Assembly: GCA_905479625.1 (NCBI GenBank)
Contig: CAJQNF010000061.1
Location: forward strand, 807-64,806
Reading direction: 5' to 3'
Source of the DNA: an uncultured Flavobacteriaceae bacterium
GTDB lineage: Bacteria; Bacteroidota; Bacteroidia; Flavobacteriales; Flavobacteriaceae
DNA length: 64,000 nucleotides
Shown: in pieces, positions 45,780 to 55,048 of the stretch
Layout of the letters: the number at the start of each line of letters is the position of its first letter
How positions within the stretch are numbered: position 1 is the stretch's first letter
Notes under the pieces: generated by a model
Told to the model about the DNA's origin: nothing
What the model saw: the letters and a program-made list of their open reading frames with translations, nothing else
The model's database searches: none
Program-made: the position numbers and the translations under genes

Positions 45780-46418
45780 TTAATGAGCACTTAAATATGA
45801 AGCTACGCCATCTCTGTTGGCCTGCATTGCATCTTTACCTTCTTCCCAATTTGCAGGACAAACTTCTCCTTTTTCCTGAACATGAGTATAGGCGTCGATC
45901 AAACGCAGATATTCACCAACATTTCTTCCTAAAGGCATATCATTTACACTCTCATGAAAGATCTTACCTTCTTCATCTATTAAATAAGTCGCTCTGTAAG
46001 TAACATAAGAACCTTCGATCATCACATTACCTGTTTCTTCATTAAAACTTTCAGAAACAATATCTAAAATTCCCAAATGAGAAGAAAGATTGCGGTTTGT
46101 ATCTGCTAACAAAGGAAAAGTAACGCCTTCTATTCCTCCATTATCCTTAGAAGTATTCAACCATGCAAAATGAACCTCCGCAGTATCTACAGATGCTCCA
46201 ATTACTATTGTATTTCTCTTTTCAAACTCTCCCAGTGCATCCTGAAATGCTCTAATCTCAGTTGGACAAACAAAAGTAAAATCTTTTGGATACCAAAAAA
46301 GGAGCACTTTTTTTCCGTTCTTCACCGCTTCGTCATATACATTGATCTTAAATGTATCACCCATTTCATTCATTGCGTCTACATCAAAATCTGGAAATTT
46401 TTTTCCTACTAAAGCCAT
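45780..46418 (-). CDS. ahpC: 2-Cys peroxiredoxin
   Basis: PKDFTFVCPTE and EVCPANW. Confidence 0.93.
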   Translation of the reverse strand: MALVGKKFPDFDVDAMNEMGDTFKINVYDEAVKNGKKVLLFWYPKDFTFVCPTEIRAFQDALGEFEKRNTIVIGASVDTAEVHFAWLNTSKDNGGIEGVTFPLLADTNRNLSSHLGILDIVSESFNEETGNVMIEGSYVTYRATYLIDEEGKIFHESVNDMPLGRNVGEYLRLIDAYTHVQEKGEVCPANWEEGKDAMQANRDGVASYLSAH

Positions 46419-46466
46419 AATTTATTGTTATTTAATAATTAATTAATTTTCTTTTTTTTACTGATG

Positions 46467-46541
46467 CAAAAATACGTTAAAATTGATGTTTTAAACTTAG
46501 CTTTCATCTCTAATTTTTATAACAAAATAGATTTTTTTTAT
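46467..46541 (-). promoter_or_regulatory. ahpC promoter with OxyR-like site
   Basis: Minus strand ATAA-N7-CTAT-N6-ATAA-N7-AGAT (46541-46506) upstream of TATTTTTG (46474-46467). Confidence 0.55.
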
Positions 46542-46647
46542 GGCAGGAAAATAGATGTGAAATATACACTACCACAGTACTTGAATATCAGCATAAAACA
46601 ATCTGAAACAGTTATTTTCTATGGCATTAATTTAATTAAAAGCAAAA

Positions 46648-46675
46648 AAAAAGGAGGCTTAAAAGCCTCCTTTTT
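46648..46675 (-). terminator. Intrinsic terminator of lpdA
   Basis: AAAAAGGAGGCTT aa AAGCCTCCTTTTT, long A run on + strand. Confidence 0.88.
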
Positions 46676-46690
46676 ACTATTACTATCATT

Positions 46691-48079
46691 CTATAAATGT
46701 ATCACTTCATCATAAGCATCAGCCACTGCCTCCATTACTGCCTCACTCATAGTCGGATGAGGATGAATGGTTTTCAGCACTTCATGCCCTGTGGTTTCCA
46801 GTTTTCTTCCCAGAACTGCCTCTGCAATCATATCCGTTACTCCGGCTCCGATCATATGACAACCTAACCATTCGCCATATTTGGCGTCAAAGATCACCTT
46901 GACAAAACCTTCCTTGGCTCCAGATGCTGACGCTTTTCCTGAAGCTGAAAAAGGAAATTTCCCCACTTTGATATCAAACCCTTTTTCTCTGGCCTGTTTT
47001 TCAGTCATTCCTACACTGGCAATTTCAGGGCTTGCATAAGTACATCCCGGAATATTTCCATAATCTATAGGCTCCGTATGCAATCCTGCAATCTTTTCAA
47101 CACAGGTAATCCCTTCTGCCGAAGCGACATGGGCAAGCGCCGGACCAGGCACTACATCACCAATGGCGTAATACCCTGGTAGATTAGTTTGATAAAAATC
47201 ATTCACTAGTATCTTATCTTTATCTGTTACGATACCAACCTCTTCCAAACCTATATTTTCAATATTTGATTTGATACCTACTGCCGACAGTACAATATCT
47301 GCTTCCAGACTTATCTCTCCTTTTTTGGTTGACACAGTTGCCACAACACCTTTTCCTGAAGTATCAACTTTGGTAACACTTGAGTTTACCATCACCTTAA
47401 TTCCGGACTTTTTCAAAGACCTTTCAAATTGCTTTGATACTTCTTCATCTTCCAAAGGCACCACGTTAGGTAGAAATTCAACTATAGTCACTTCAGTTCC
47501 CATTGAATTATAGAAATACGCAAATTCAACCCCAATAGCTCCTGAGCCAATGATGATCATCTTTTTTGGCTGCTTAGGCAAAACCATGGCTTGCCTGTAT
47601 CCAATTACTTTTTTTCCGTCAATCGGAAGAAATGGTAATTCACGAGATCTTGCACCCGTAGCAATGATCACATGATCCGCGCTATATTCACTAACGGCAC
47701 CCTTGTCATCGGTAACATCAACTTTTTTACCGATTTTTATTTTCCCAAAACCTGAAATTATATCTATCTTATTTTTTTTCATCAAGAATTGAACACCCTT
47801 GCTCATTCCCTCTGCTACTCCACGACTTCTTTTTACTACTGCCGAAAAATCCTTATCAATCTCCTTGGCCTTCAGACCATAGCTATCCACATGCTTCAAA
47901 TACTCATAAACCTGAGCACTTTTTAAAAGGGCCTTTGTTGGAATACATCCCCAATTCAGGCAAACACCTCCTAATTCGGCCTTTTCAACAACAGCTACTT
48001 TAAATCCTAATTGAGAAGCTCTGATGGCAGTTACATAGCCTCCAGGTCCGCTTCCAACAACAATAATATCGTATTTCAT
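46691..48079 (-). CDS. lpdA: Dihydrolipoyl dehydrogenase
   Basis: GSGPGGY, GGVCLNWGCIPTK, HPHPTMSE; start reassigned to ATG 48079. Confidence 0.96.
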   Translation of the reverse strand: MKYDIIVVGSGPGGYVTAIRASQLGFKVAVVEKAELGGVCLNWGCIPTKALLKSAQVYEYLKHVDSYGLKAKEIDKDFSAVVKRSRGVAEGMSKGVQFLMKKNKIDIISGFGKIKIGKKVDVTDDKGAVSEYSADHVIIATGARSRELPFLPIDGKKVIGYRQAMVLPKQPKKMIIIGSGAIGVEFAYFYNSMGTEVTIVEFLPNVVPLEDEEVSKQFERSLKKSGIKVMVNSSVTKVDTSGKGVVATVSTKKGEISLEADIVLSAVGIKSNIENIGLEEVGIVTDKDKILVNDFYQTNLPGYYAIGDVVPGPALAHVASAEGITCVEKIAGLHTEPIDYGNIPGCTYASPEIASVGMTEKQAREKGFDIKVGKFPFSASGKASASGAKEGFVKVIFDAKYGEWLGCHMIGAGVTDMIAEAVLGRKLETTGHEVLKTIHPHPTMSEAVMEAVADAYDEVIHL

Positions 48080-48151
48080 ATGTTCAAAAAATTTTGTTTT
48101 TATCTCCAGATCGACCTGATACCCGCTCATGCCGATTTTCGGAATGCAAAT

Positions 48152-49387
48152 TTAATCAAATTTTATGGCTTTTACCGGACTAATTTTACTAACTATAAAA
48201 GAAGGAACGATTAGCATCAATAAACAGAGCAACAAGGTGCCTATATTAATCCATATCAAAGCGGAAAAGCTCAGATGAACAGGGGCCTGATTCACATAAT
48301 ATGTTTCAGGATTAAGCGTAATCACACCCAGGTATTTTTGAATGAGTAACAAACCAATCCCTATCAAATTACCCCAAAGTAAACCCTTGCCGATCAGAAA
48401 GGCAGCGTTATATAAAAAGATCTTTCGAATACTCCAGTTATGATTTCCCAGTGCTTTTAAAATCCCAATCATTTGAGTTCTTTCAAGGATCAAAACCAGT
48501 AAAGCCGTGATCATATTGATCCCTGCTATCAGGATCATAATTGCTATAATCACAATGATATTTGTATCAAAAAGCGACAACCATTCAAAAATGGCAGGAA
48601 ATTTCTCTGCAATAGTATAGGCATTCAACGATGGATCTATCTGCTCATACACCTCGGAGCCTGTCTGATTGAGTTGATCAAAATCATGCACAAACAGTTC
48701 AAAGCCACCTACCTGATTTTCATCCCATTTATTGATCCTTTGTATATGTTTAATATCTCCAATCATAAAAGCCTCATCAAACTCTTCAAAACCAGAATTA
48801 AAAACGCCGCAAACATTAAACTTTCTCGAATTTGGCGCCTTATTAGGATCATTCTTAACAAAGAAGATATGAAACTCATCCCCTACATTGAGACTTAATC
48901 GAGCTGCTGTTTTTGCTGAGATAAGCACTTCATTGGAAACTTTAGCACCAATTTCAGGTAGTTTTCCTGCTTTGAGGTACTCCTCAAAAAAAGACCAGTG
49001 ATAATCTTGATCGACTCCTTTTAAAATAATGCCTTCAAATTCGTTCGGGGTTCTGATAATTCCGGCTTTGGTTGCATATACCTGAACTTTTTTTACATTG
49101 GCTACACTTGCAAAATCAGGATAAAAATCCTGATGCTTAAAAACGGGCGTGACAGTTATTCTAGAATTATTACTGTCATAATTAATGATTTGAATATCTC
49201 CATTGAAACCAGAAATTTTTTCCTTGATCTTTTTTTGAAGGCCCACTCCTGTGGCAACAGAAAAAAGCATCACAATAATTCCTATCGCAATAGCAAGAAT
49301 GGAGATTTTTATTATAGGCGACGAAACACTATTTTTGTGTTGTTTTGAAGCGATAATACGTTTGGCTATAAATAACTCGTAATTCAA
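48152..49387 (-). CDS. LolC/LolE-like ABC transporter permease (probable TTG start at 49387)
   Basis: (M)NYELFIAKRI start, MacB/FtsX topology, ERTQMIGILKALG, ISPVKAIKF. Confidence 0.88.
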   Translation of the reverse strand: MNYELFIAKRIIASKQHKNSVSSPIIKISILAIAIGIIVMLFSVATGVGLQKKIKEKISGFNGDIQIINYDSNNSRITVTPVFKHQDFYPDFASVANVKKVQVYATKAGIIRTPNEFEGIILKGVDQDYHWSFFEEYLKAGKLPEIGAKVSNEVLISAKTAARLSLNVGDEFHIFFVKNDPNKAPNSRKFNVCGVFNSGFEEFDEAFMIGDIKHIQRINKWDENQVGGFELFVHDFDQLNQTGSEVYEQIDPSLNAYTIAEKFPAIFEWLSLFDTNIIVIIAIMILIAGINMITALLVLILERTQMIGILKALGNHNWSIRKIFLYNAAFLIGKGLLWGNLIGIGLLLIQKYLGVITLNPETYYVNQAPVHLSFSALIWINIGTLLLCLLMLIVPSFIVSKISPVKAIKFD

Positions 49388-49392
49388 CTGAA

Positions 49393-50661
49393 ATGATAAG
49401 ATTGATTTTATCCAAAAATACATATTTAATTTTAGTAACTGGATTAATCGTTTTCCTTTTTATACTGTATTCCTTTAACAAATTAGCAAGTACAAATCGA
49501 GCCCCGAATGAATTTTCATCCCTGGCCGTTGCCCCAACTAAAGATCGCATGATTATCTTACCTGCTGCAGATCTTATGAACACTTATTTGCCCTATTTAG
49601 AAGGGAAAAAGATCGCTGTTGTGGCCAATCAGACCAGTATTGTGAGTAACGGTTCGCATGCAGGCCAAAAAATGTTCACCCATTTGATCGATACTTTATT
49701 GACTTATGATATTCAAATTCAAAAAGTTTTTGCACCTGAGCATGGTTTTAGAGGAAGCATTGATGCCGGAGAAAAAGTGGCAGATGATAAAGATGTTAAG
49801 ACAGGCTTACCCATCATTTCTCTTTATGGTAAAAATAAAAAGCCTGGTGAAGATCAGCTAAAAGACATTGACCTTGTTTTATTCGACATCCAGGATGTTG
49901 GCGTCAGGTTCTATACTTATATTTCGACCCTGAGTTTGGTGATGGAAGCCTGTGCAGAGTCAGACATTCCTATTATCGTTTTGGATCGCCCTAATCCGAA
50001 CGGACATTATATTGATGGCCCTGTTCTTGAATCAGCACACAGTTCCTTTGTGGGGATGCATGAAGTACCCTTAGTTTATGGCCTGACCATAGGTGAATAC
50101 GCTCAAATGGTTAATGGAGAGGGCTGGTTAAAAGATAGTTTACAATGTGATCTTAAGGTGATCAAAAACCTTAATTACACGCATAAAAGCAATTATAGTT
50201 TACCGGTTAGACCCTCCCCAAACCTTCCTAATGACAAGTCAATAAACCTTTATCCTAGTCTCGGTTTCTTTGAAGGAACTTTGATCAATGCAGGTAGGGG
50301 AACTGAATTTCAATTTCAGCGTTATGGAGCTCCATTTTTCCCGGACAATGGATTCGCCTATACGCCTGAAGCAAATTTTGGTGCAAAATACCCTAAGTTC
50401 AAAGGTGAAAAATGCAATGGGGTTGATCTAAGCAAGGTTAAGCAACAAAACAAGGTCAATTTGACCTGGCTCATTGATGCTTTCCATAAAACCCCAAAAG
50501 ACAAAAGTTTTTTTGGTGAGACTTTTACGATTCATGCGGGTACCGAAAAATTAAGAGAACAAATAGAATCAGGATTGACCGCTGAGCAGATCAGAGATAG
50601 TTGGAAGACAGATCTTGAAAAGTTTAAACAAATCCGAGAAAAGTATTTGATGTATCAGTAA
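49393..50661 (+). CDS. Exo-beta-N-acetylmuramidase NamZ (DUF1343) family
   Basis: FAPEHGFRG, DIQDVGVRFYTY, LDRPNP, PSPNLP motifs. Confidence 0.9.
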   Translation: MIRLILSKNTYLILVTGLIVFLFILYSFNKLASTNRAPNEFSSLAVAPTKDRMIILPAADLMNTYLPYLEGKKIAVVANQTSIVSNGSHAGQKMFTHLIDTLLTYDIQIQKVFAPEHGFRGSIDAGEKVADDKDVKTGLPIISLYGKNKKPGEDQLKDIDLVLFDIQDVGVRFYTYISTLSLVMEACAESDIPIIVLDRPNPNGHYIDGPVLESAHSSFVGMHEVPLVYGLTIGEYAQMVNGEGWLKDSLQCDLKVIKNLNYTHKSNYSLPVRPSPNLPNDKSINLYPSLGFFEGTLINAGRGTEFQFQRYGAPFFPDNGFAYTPEANFGAKYPKFKGEKCNGVDLSKVKQQNKVNLTWLIDAFHKTPKDKSFFGETFTIHAGTEKLREQIESGLTAEQIRDSWKTDLEKFKQIREKYLMYQ

Positions 50662-50676
50662 TTAAAGAAAGGTACT

Positions 50677-51183
50677 TTACTTAAAATTTTCTAATGGCAG
50701 TTTCGCCTTCAAGGTTTCCACCATATTAAATACAGCCGGGCAGACCTCCGTATTTTTTAGAGTAAGTTCAGTTAGTTGAATAAATTTCTTCCTGTTGGTA
50801 TGGGGATATTCGCTGCAGGCTTTGGGCCTGACATCATAGATAAAACAGCTATTGTCATGATCCAAAAAAGTACAAGGCGCAGTTTTTAGAACCATAAAAT
50901 CTTCATCATCTCTTTGTAAATACTGTTCGATAAACCGACCTTCCTTCATCTTTAAATGTTTGGAAATTCGGCTGATATCCCTTTCAGTAAAAATTGGACT
51001 GGTTGTTTTACAGCAATTGGCACAGGTCAAACAATCTGTATGTTTAAACTCGTCGTCATGAATCTCCTTCATCAATAGATCCAATCTTTTGCGTGGTTTA
51101 CGCTTTAGTTTGGCGAAATATTTTTTATTCTCTACCCATTTTTCCTTCGCCTTTGCAGGTAATTCTTCAATAATTTTATCCAT
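50677..51183 (-). CDS. YkgJ family cysteine-cluster protein
   Basis: CLTCANCC, CTFL..C.IY..RP..C..YP. Confidence 0.9.
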   Translation of the reverse strand: MDKIIEELPAKAKEKWVENKKYFAKLKRKPRKRLDLLMKEIHDDEFKHTDCLTCANCCKTTSPIFTERDISRISKHLKMKEGRFIEQYLQRDDEDFMVLKTAPCTFLDHDNSCFIYDVRPKACSEYPHTNRKKFIQLTELTLKNTEVCPAVFNMVETLKAKLPLENFK

Positions 51184-51272
51184 TTCAAATACTGCTGAAA
51201 TCAAATGTACTATAACTTATCCATTATCAAGTGAAAATAATTATTTTTGCGGCTCTAAACAATGTAAACACC

Positions 51273-53042
51273 GTGGTTCAAAATATACTAGATTCTATAG
51301 TTAAAGAAGGAATAAAATCCATTTATAAAATTGATCTTGAAAAAGTTGAGTTTCAAGAGACAAGAAAAGACTTTGAAGGAGACATCACTATTGTGGTATT
51401 CCCGCTTTTGAAACAGATCAAAGGAAATCCCGTTGAAATAGCAAATCAAATTGGTAGTTATGTCAAAGAACATGCTGATATAGTTACTGGGTTTAATGTT
51501 GTAAAAGGCTTTCTTAATTTAGTCATTACAGACAGCTATTATGTTGATTACTTCAATGAGGTATCAGATTTTATCGATTTTGGTAAAGTCAAAGAGAAAT
51601 CTGGCGCCATGATGGTAGAATATTCTTCTCCTAATACAAACAAGCCGCTGCACCTGGGTCACATTAGAAATAACCTTCTGGGTTATTCTGTAGCTGAGAT
51701 CCTTTCTGCCTCAGGCAAAAAAGTATACAAAACCCAGATCATTAATGACCGTGGGATCCATATTTGTAAAAGTATGATCGCCTGGTTAAAATATGGAGAG
51801 GGGAAAACGCCTGAAAGTACGGGTCTTAAAGGTGATAAACTGGTAGGGAATTACTACGTGAAATTTGATCAGGAATACAAAAAAGAAATCGGAAACCTGG
51901 TTGCTGAAGGGAAATCAGAAGAAGAAGCTAAAAAACAGGCTCCAATTCTACTTGAAGCTCAGGAAATGCTCCTTAAATGGGAAGCTGGTGATCAGGAAAC
52001 TGTCAGCTTATGGAAAAAAATGAACGAATGGGTGTATAAAGGGTTTGACCAAAGTTATAAAGAACTGGGTGTCGATTTCGATACGAATTACTTCGAAAGC
52101 AACACCTATTTATTAGGTAAGGAGGTTGTGGCAGAAGGCCTGAAAAAAGGTGTTTTTTATAAAAAAGAAGACGGCTCTGTTTGGATCGACCTGACGGATG
52201 AAGGGCTGGATGAAAAGATCGTACTGAGAGCGGACGGTACAGCAGTATATATGACTCAGGATATTGGCACCGCCATTCAAAGACTAAAGGATTTCCCGGA
52301 CATTGAGGGCCTTGTTTATACAGTAGGTAATGAACAGGATTATCACTTTAAGGTATTGTTTCTTATTTTAAAGAAAATGGGATTTGAATGGGCTCAAAAC
52401 CTACACCATTTATCTTATGGCATGGTGGATCTTCCTGAAGGTAAAATGAAATCCAGAGAGGGAACTGTTGTGGATGCTGATGATCTAATGAGTGAAATGA
52501 CAAGAACTGCTGGTGAAATTTCTGAGGAACTGGGAAAACTGGAAGGCTATACAGCACTTGAAAAACAAGGTCTGTACAAAATCATTGGATTAGGTGCCCT
52601 GAAATATTTTATTTTAAAAGTAGATCCTAAAAAGAGAATCCTTTTTGATCCTAAAGAATCTATCGATTTTAACGGAAACACTGGACCATTTATTCAATAC
52701 ACCTACGCCAGAATTCAATCTATTCTTAGAAAAGCCAATTTTGTGAACAAGGAACGTATAGGAGTTGACACATTACATCCAAAAGAAAAAGAATTGCTGA
52801 AATTACTTCAGACCTATCCGGTAATTATTCAAAATGCAGCTGAAAATTTAAGCCCGGCACTTGTTGCTAACTTCACCTATGAACTTGTAAAGAGTTATAA
52901 TTCATTTTATCAAAGTGTTCCTATTTTTGGCGCAGCTAAGGAAGCTGACAAAGTACTTCGGGTACAATTATCTTATGCCGTAAGTTGTGTTATAAAGTCA
53001 TCCTTCAAACTTTTGGGCATTGAAGTCCCAGAAAGAATGTAA
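51273..53042 (+). CDS. argS: Arginine--tRNA ligase (probable GTG start at 51273)
   Basis: EYSSPNTNKPLHLGHIRN, KMKSREG, GPFIQYTYAR, PERM C-terminus. Confidence 0.96.
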   Translation: MVQNILDSIVKEGIKSIYKIDLEKVEFQETRKDFEGDITIVVFPLLKQIKGNPVEIANQIGSYVKEHADIVTGFNVVKGFLNLVITDSYYVDYFNEVSDFIDFGKVKEKSGAMMVEYSSPNTNKPLHLGHIRNNLLGYSVAEILSASGKKVYKTQIINDRGIHICKSMIAWLKYGEGKTPESTGLKGDKLVGNYYVKFDQEYKKEIGNLVAEGKSEEEAKKQAPILLEAQEMLLKWEAGDQETVSLWKKMNEWVYKGFDQSYKELGVDFDTNYFESNTYLLGKEVVAEGLKKGVFYKKEDGSVWIDLTDEGLDEKIVLRADGTAVYMTQDIGTAIQRLKDFPDIEGLVYTVGNEQDYHFKVLFLILKKMGFEWAQNLHHLSYGMVDLPEGKMKSREGTVVDADDLMSEMTRTAGEISEELGKLEGYTALEKQGLYKIIGLGALKYFILKVDPKKRILFDPKESIDFNGNTGPFIQYTYARIQSILRKANFVNKERIGVDTLHPKEKELLKLLQTYPVIIQNAAENLSPALVANFTYELVKSYNSFYQSVPIFGAAKEADKVLRVQLSYAVSCVIKSSFKLLGIEVPERM

Positions 53043-53165
53043 GTCAGAATAGCAAGCGAAAAGTATGCTTCTTTTTTGATTAATAAAATAAAAATTGGTA
53101 ACTTCGTAAGCCTAAAACGAATAAAAATACACTATTTTATGGTGTATTTTTTTATTAAAATTATT

Positions 53166-53696
53166 ATGAATAAAAGAAAAATAATTATCCCTCTAATTTT
53201 ATTTTTGTCTTTTTATATTAGTCAGGCTCAGCTGATTATGATTGATGCTGAAACGGGAGAATACAGATACGAAGAAGTAGCAAGGGCGGAAGGAGTTAGT
53301 AGTGCTGAGATCAAAGAAAGAGCAAAATCCTGGTTGACAAATTACTACACGGAGATTGAACCAATGGTATTGGACTCTTCTAGTGTAAAGCAATTGAATA
53401 CCTTTCCTTTTACATGGAAATTGATCACCAAGACCATAGAAGTGGATCTCTTCTTTGATGTCTCGATCAAAACGAAGGATAATCGCTATAAATACGATTT
53501 CAGCAATTTTAGGGTAGGAAAAATGGCAAAGGGCGACCTTCAGGCCATTGACCTAAAGACTTATATTGAAAGGTTCCCTAGTGACTACCAGATTCTTGTG
53601 GAAGAACCCATCGATACAGAGATGACCAAAGCGATTAACAGTTTGAATTTTTTTATTACGAATAATAAGATGGAGCCTGATGAGGATGATTGGTAA
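53166..53696 (+). CDS. Secreted hypothetical protein (DUF4468-like)
   Basis: Signal peptide, YEEV..EG, KDNRYKY, terminal DDW. Confidence 0.65.
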   Translation: MNKRKIIIPLILFLSFYISQAQLIMIDAETGEYRYEEVARAEGVSSAEIKERAKSWLTNYYTEIEPMVLDSSSVKQLNTFPFTWKLITKTIEVDLFFDVSIKTKDNRYKYDFSNFRVGKMAKGDLQAIDLKTYIERFPSDYQILVEEPIDTEMTKAINSLNFFITNNKMEPDEDDW

Positions 53697-53699
53697 TCT

Positions 53700-54977
53700 T
53701 TACAGATAGTCCAATACCCTTTCAAGAGCCATTCCCCTGGATGCTTTAATTAAAAAAGTTGTGTCCTTAAACGTGTGCTGTTTGAATAATGCTGTAAATT
53801 CATCAAAGGACTTACACAAAAACAATTCTTTTCCGGAAATTTGCGTATCAGCAAAAGCTTCTCCTATCAGGTAAACTCGATCAAGCCCTGAGCTCATGGC
53901 CTGATCAGCAATCTTTTTGTGTTCAATACTGGTATCTTTTCCTATTTCAAACATATCGCCCAATATGGCTACTTTTTTACTTGCTGATAAATTTGCAAGA
54001 TTTTGAATGGCGACCTCCATGCTGTTTGGATTGGCATTATACGCATCCAGAATAACCCTGTTTGAAAGACGATTTATGATCTGTGACCTGTTATTCTCAG
54101 GCACAAACCCTTCTATTGCCGTTTTGATCTTTTCAGTTTGAATACCAAAGTATTTTCCTATACTTACCGCGGCAGCGATATTGGCAAAATTGTAACTCCC
54201 GATCATTTGACTTTCTATATGAATTCCTTCAAACGCTATACTAACGAAAGGGTCTGCAGCAAGAAAAGTCACCTCATAATCAGCCCCTGATGTCCCAAAT
54301 AAAATTCTGTCCATCCCAGTTGATCTTTCCATTTGAATGGAATCCTCCATGTTCACAAAAACCTTTTTACTGTACTTTTTTAGATGCCTGTACATTTCTG
54401 TTTTACCTTCCACTACGCCTTCAAAACTGCCGAACCCTTCCAGATGGACTCTCCCAAAATTTGTGATATAGCCAAAATCAGGCAGGGCTATTTCGCATAA
54501 GTTGGCTATTTCCAGCTGATGATTGGCCCCCATTTCAACCACTCCAAAATCATGTTCAGGAGTCATGGATAATAAAGTGAGAGGCACACCTATATGATTG
54601 TTCAAATTACCTTTAGTGGCATAACAGGAGTACTTTTCATTCAATACGGCGTTGATCAGCTCTTTGGTTGTGGTTTTTCCGTTACTTCCTGTCAAGGCAA
54701 ATATTGGAATTTTTAACTCTTGTCTATGGTAGGTTGCAAGATTCTGTAAACTGGTCAACGCATCCTCAACCAGGATCATCCGTTGATCAACGTTAAATAC
54801 CTCATCATCAATTACGGCATAACTCGCTCCATTTTTCAAGGCATCAAGGGCATACTTGTTACCATCAAAACTTTCTCCTTTTAAAGAAAAATAAATGGCA
54901 TTACTGACATCATCTCTCGTATCCTTAACGACCTTATAACTCTTTTTGTACAGGTTGTATAATTCTTTTATTCCCAT
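53700..54977 (-). CDS. murF: UDP-MurNAc-tripeptide--D-Ala-D-Ala ligase
   Basis: TGSNGKTTTKE, NNHIGVP, EMGANH, DAYNANP, KASRG motifs. Confidence 0.96.
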   Translation of the reverse strand: MGIKELYNLYKKSYKVVKDTRDDVSNAIYFSLKGESFDGNKYALDALKNGASYAVIDDEVFNVDQRMILVEDALTSLQNLATYHRQELKIPIFALTGSNGKTTTKELINAVLNEKYSCYATKGNLNNHIGVPLTLLSMTPEHDFGVVEMGANHQLEIANLCEIALPDFGYITNFGRVHLEGFGSFEGVVEGKTEMYRHLKKYSKKVFVNMEDSIQMERSTGMDRILFGTSGADYEVTFLAADPFVSIAFEGIHIESQMIGSYNFANIAAAVSIGKYFGIQTEKIKTAIEGFVPENNRSQIINRLSNRVILDAYNANPNSMEVAIQNLANLSASKKVAILGDMFEIGKDTSIEHKKIADQAMSSGLDRVYLIGEAFADTQISGKELFLCKSFDEFTALFKQHTFKDTTFLIKASRGMALERVLDYL

Positions 54978-54992
54978 AAAGTAAATGTAAAA

Positions 54993-55026
54993 AAAAACTC
55001 AATATCACGAATGATATTGAGTTTTT
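54993..55026 (-). terminator. Intrinsic terminator of gldJ
   Basis: AAAAACTCAATATCA cgaa TGATATTGAGTTTTT. Confidence 0.85.
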
Positions 55027-55048
55027 AAATCTTATGAATACGAAATCT

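Noticed and set aside
46464-46715. 83-aa plus-strand ORF between ahpC and lpdA
   Set aside because: It runs through the ahpC promoter, the OxyR-like site and the lpdA terminator, and its composition reflects AT-rich non-coding DNA.
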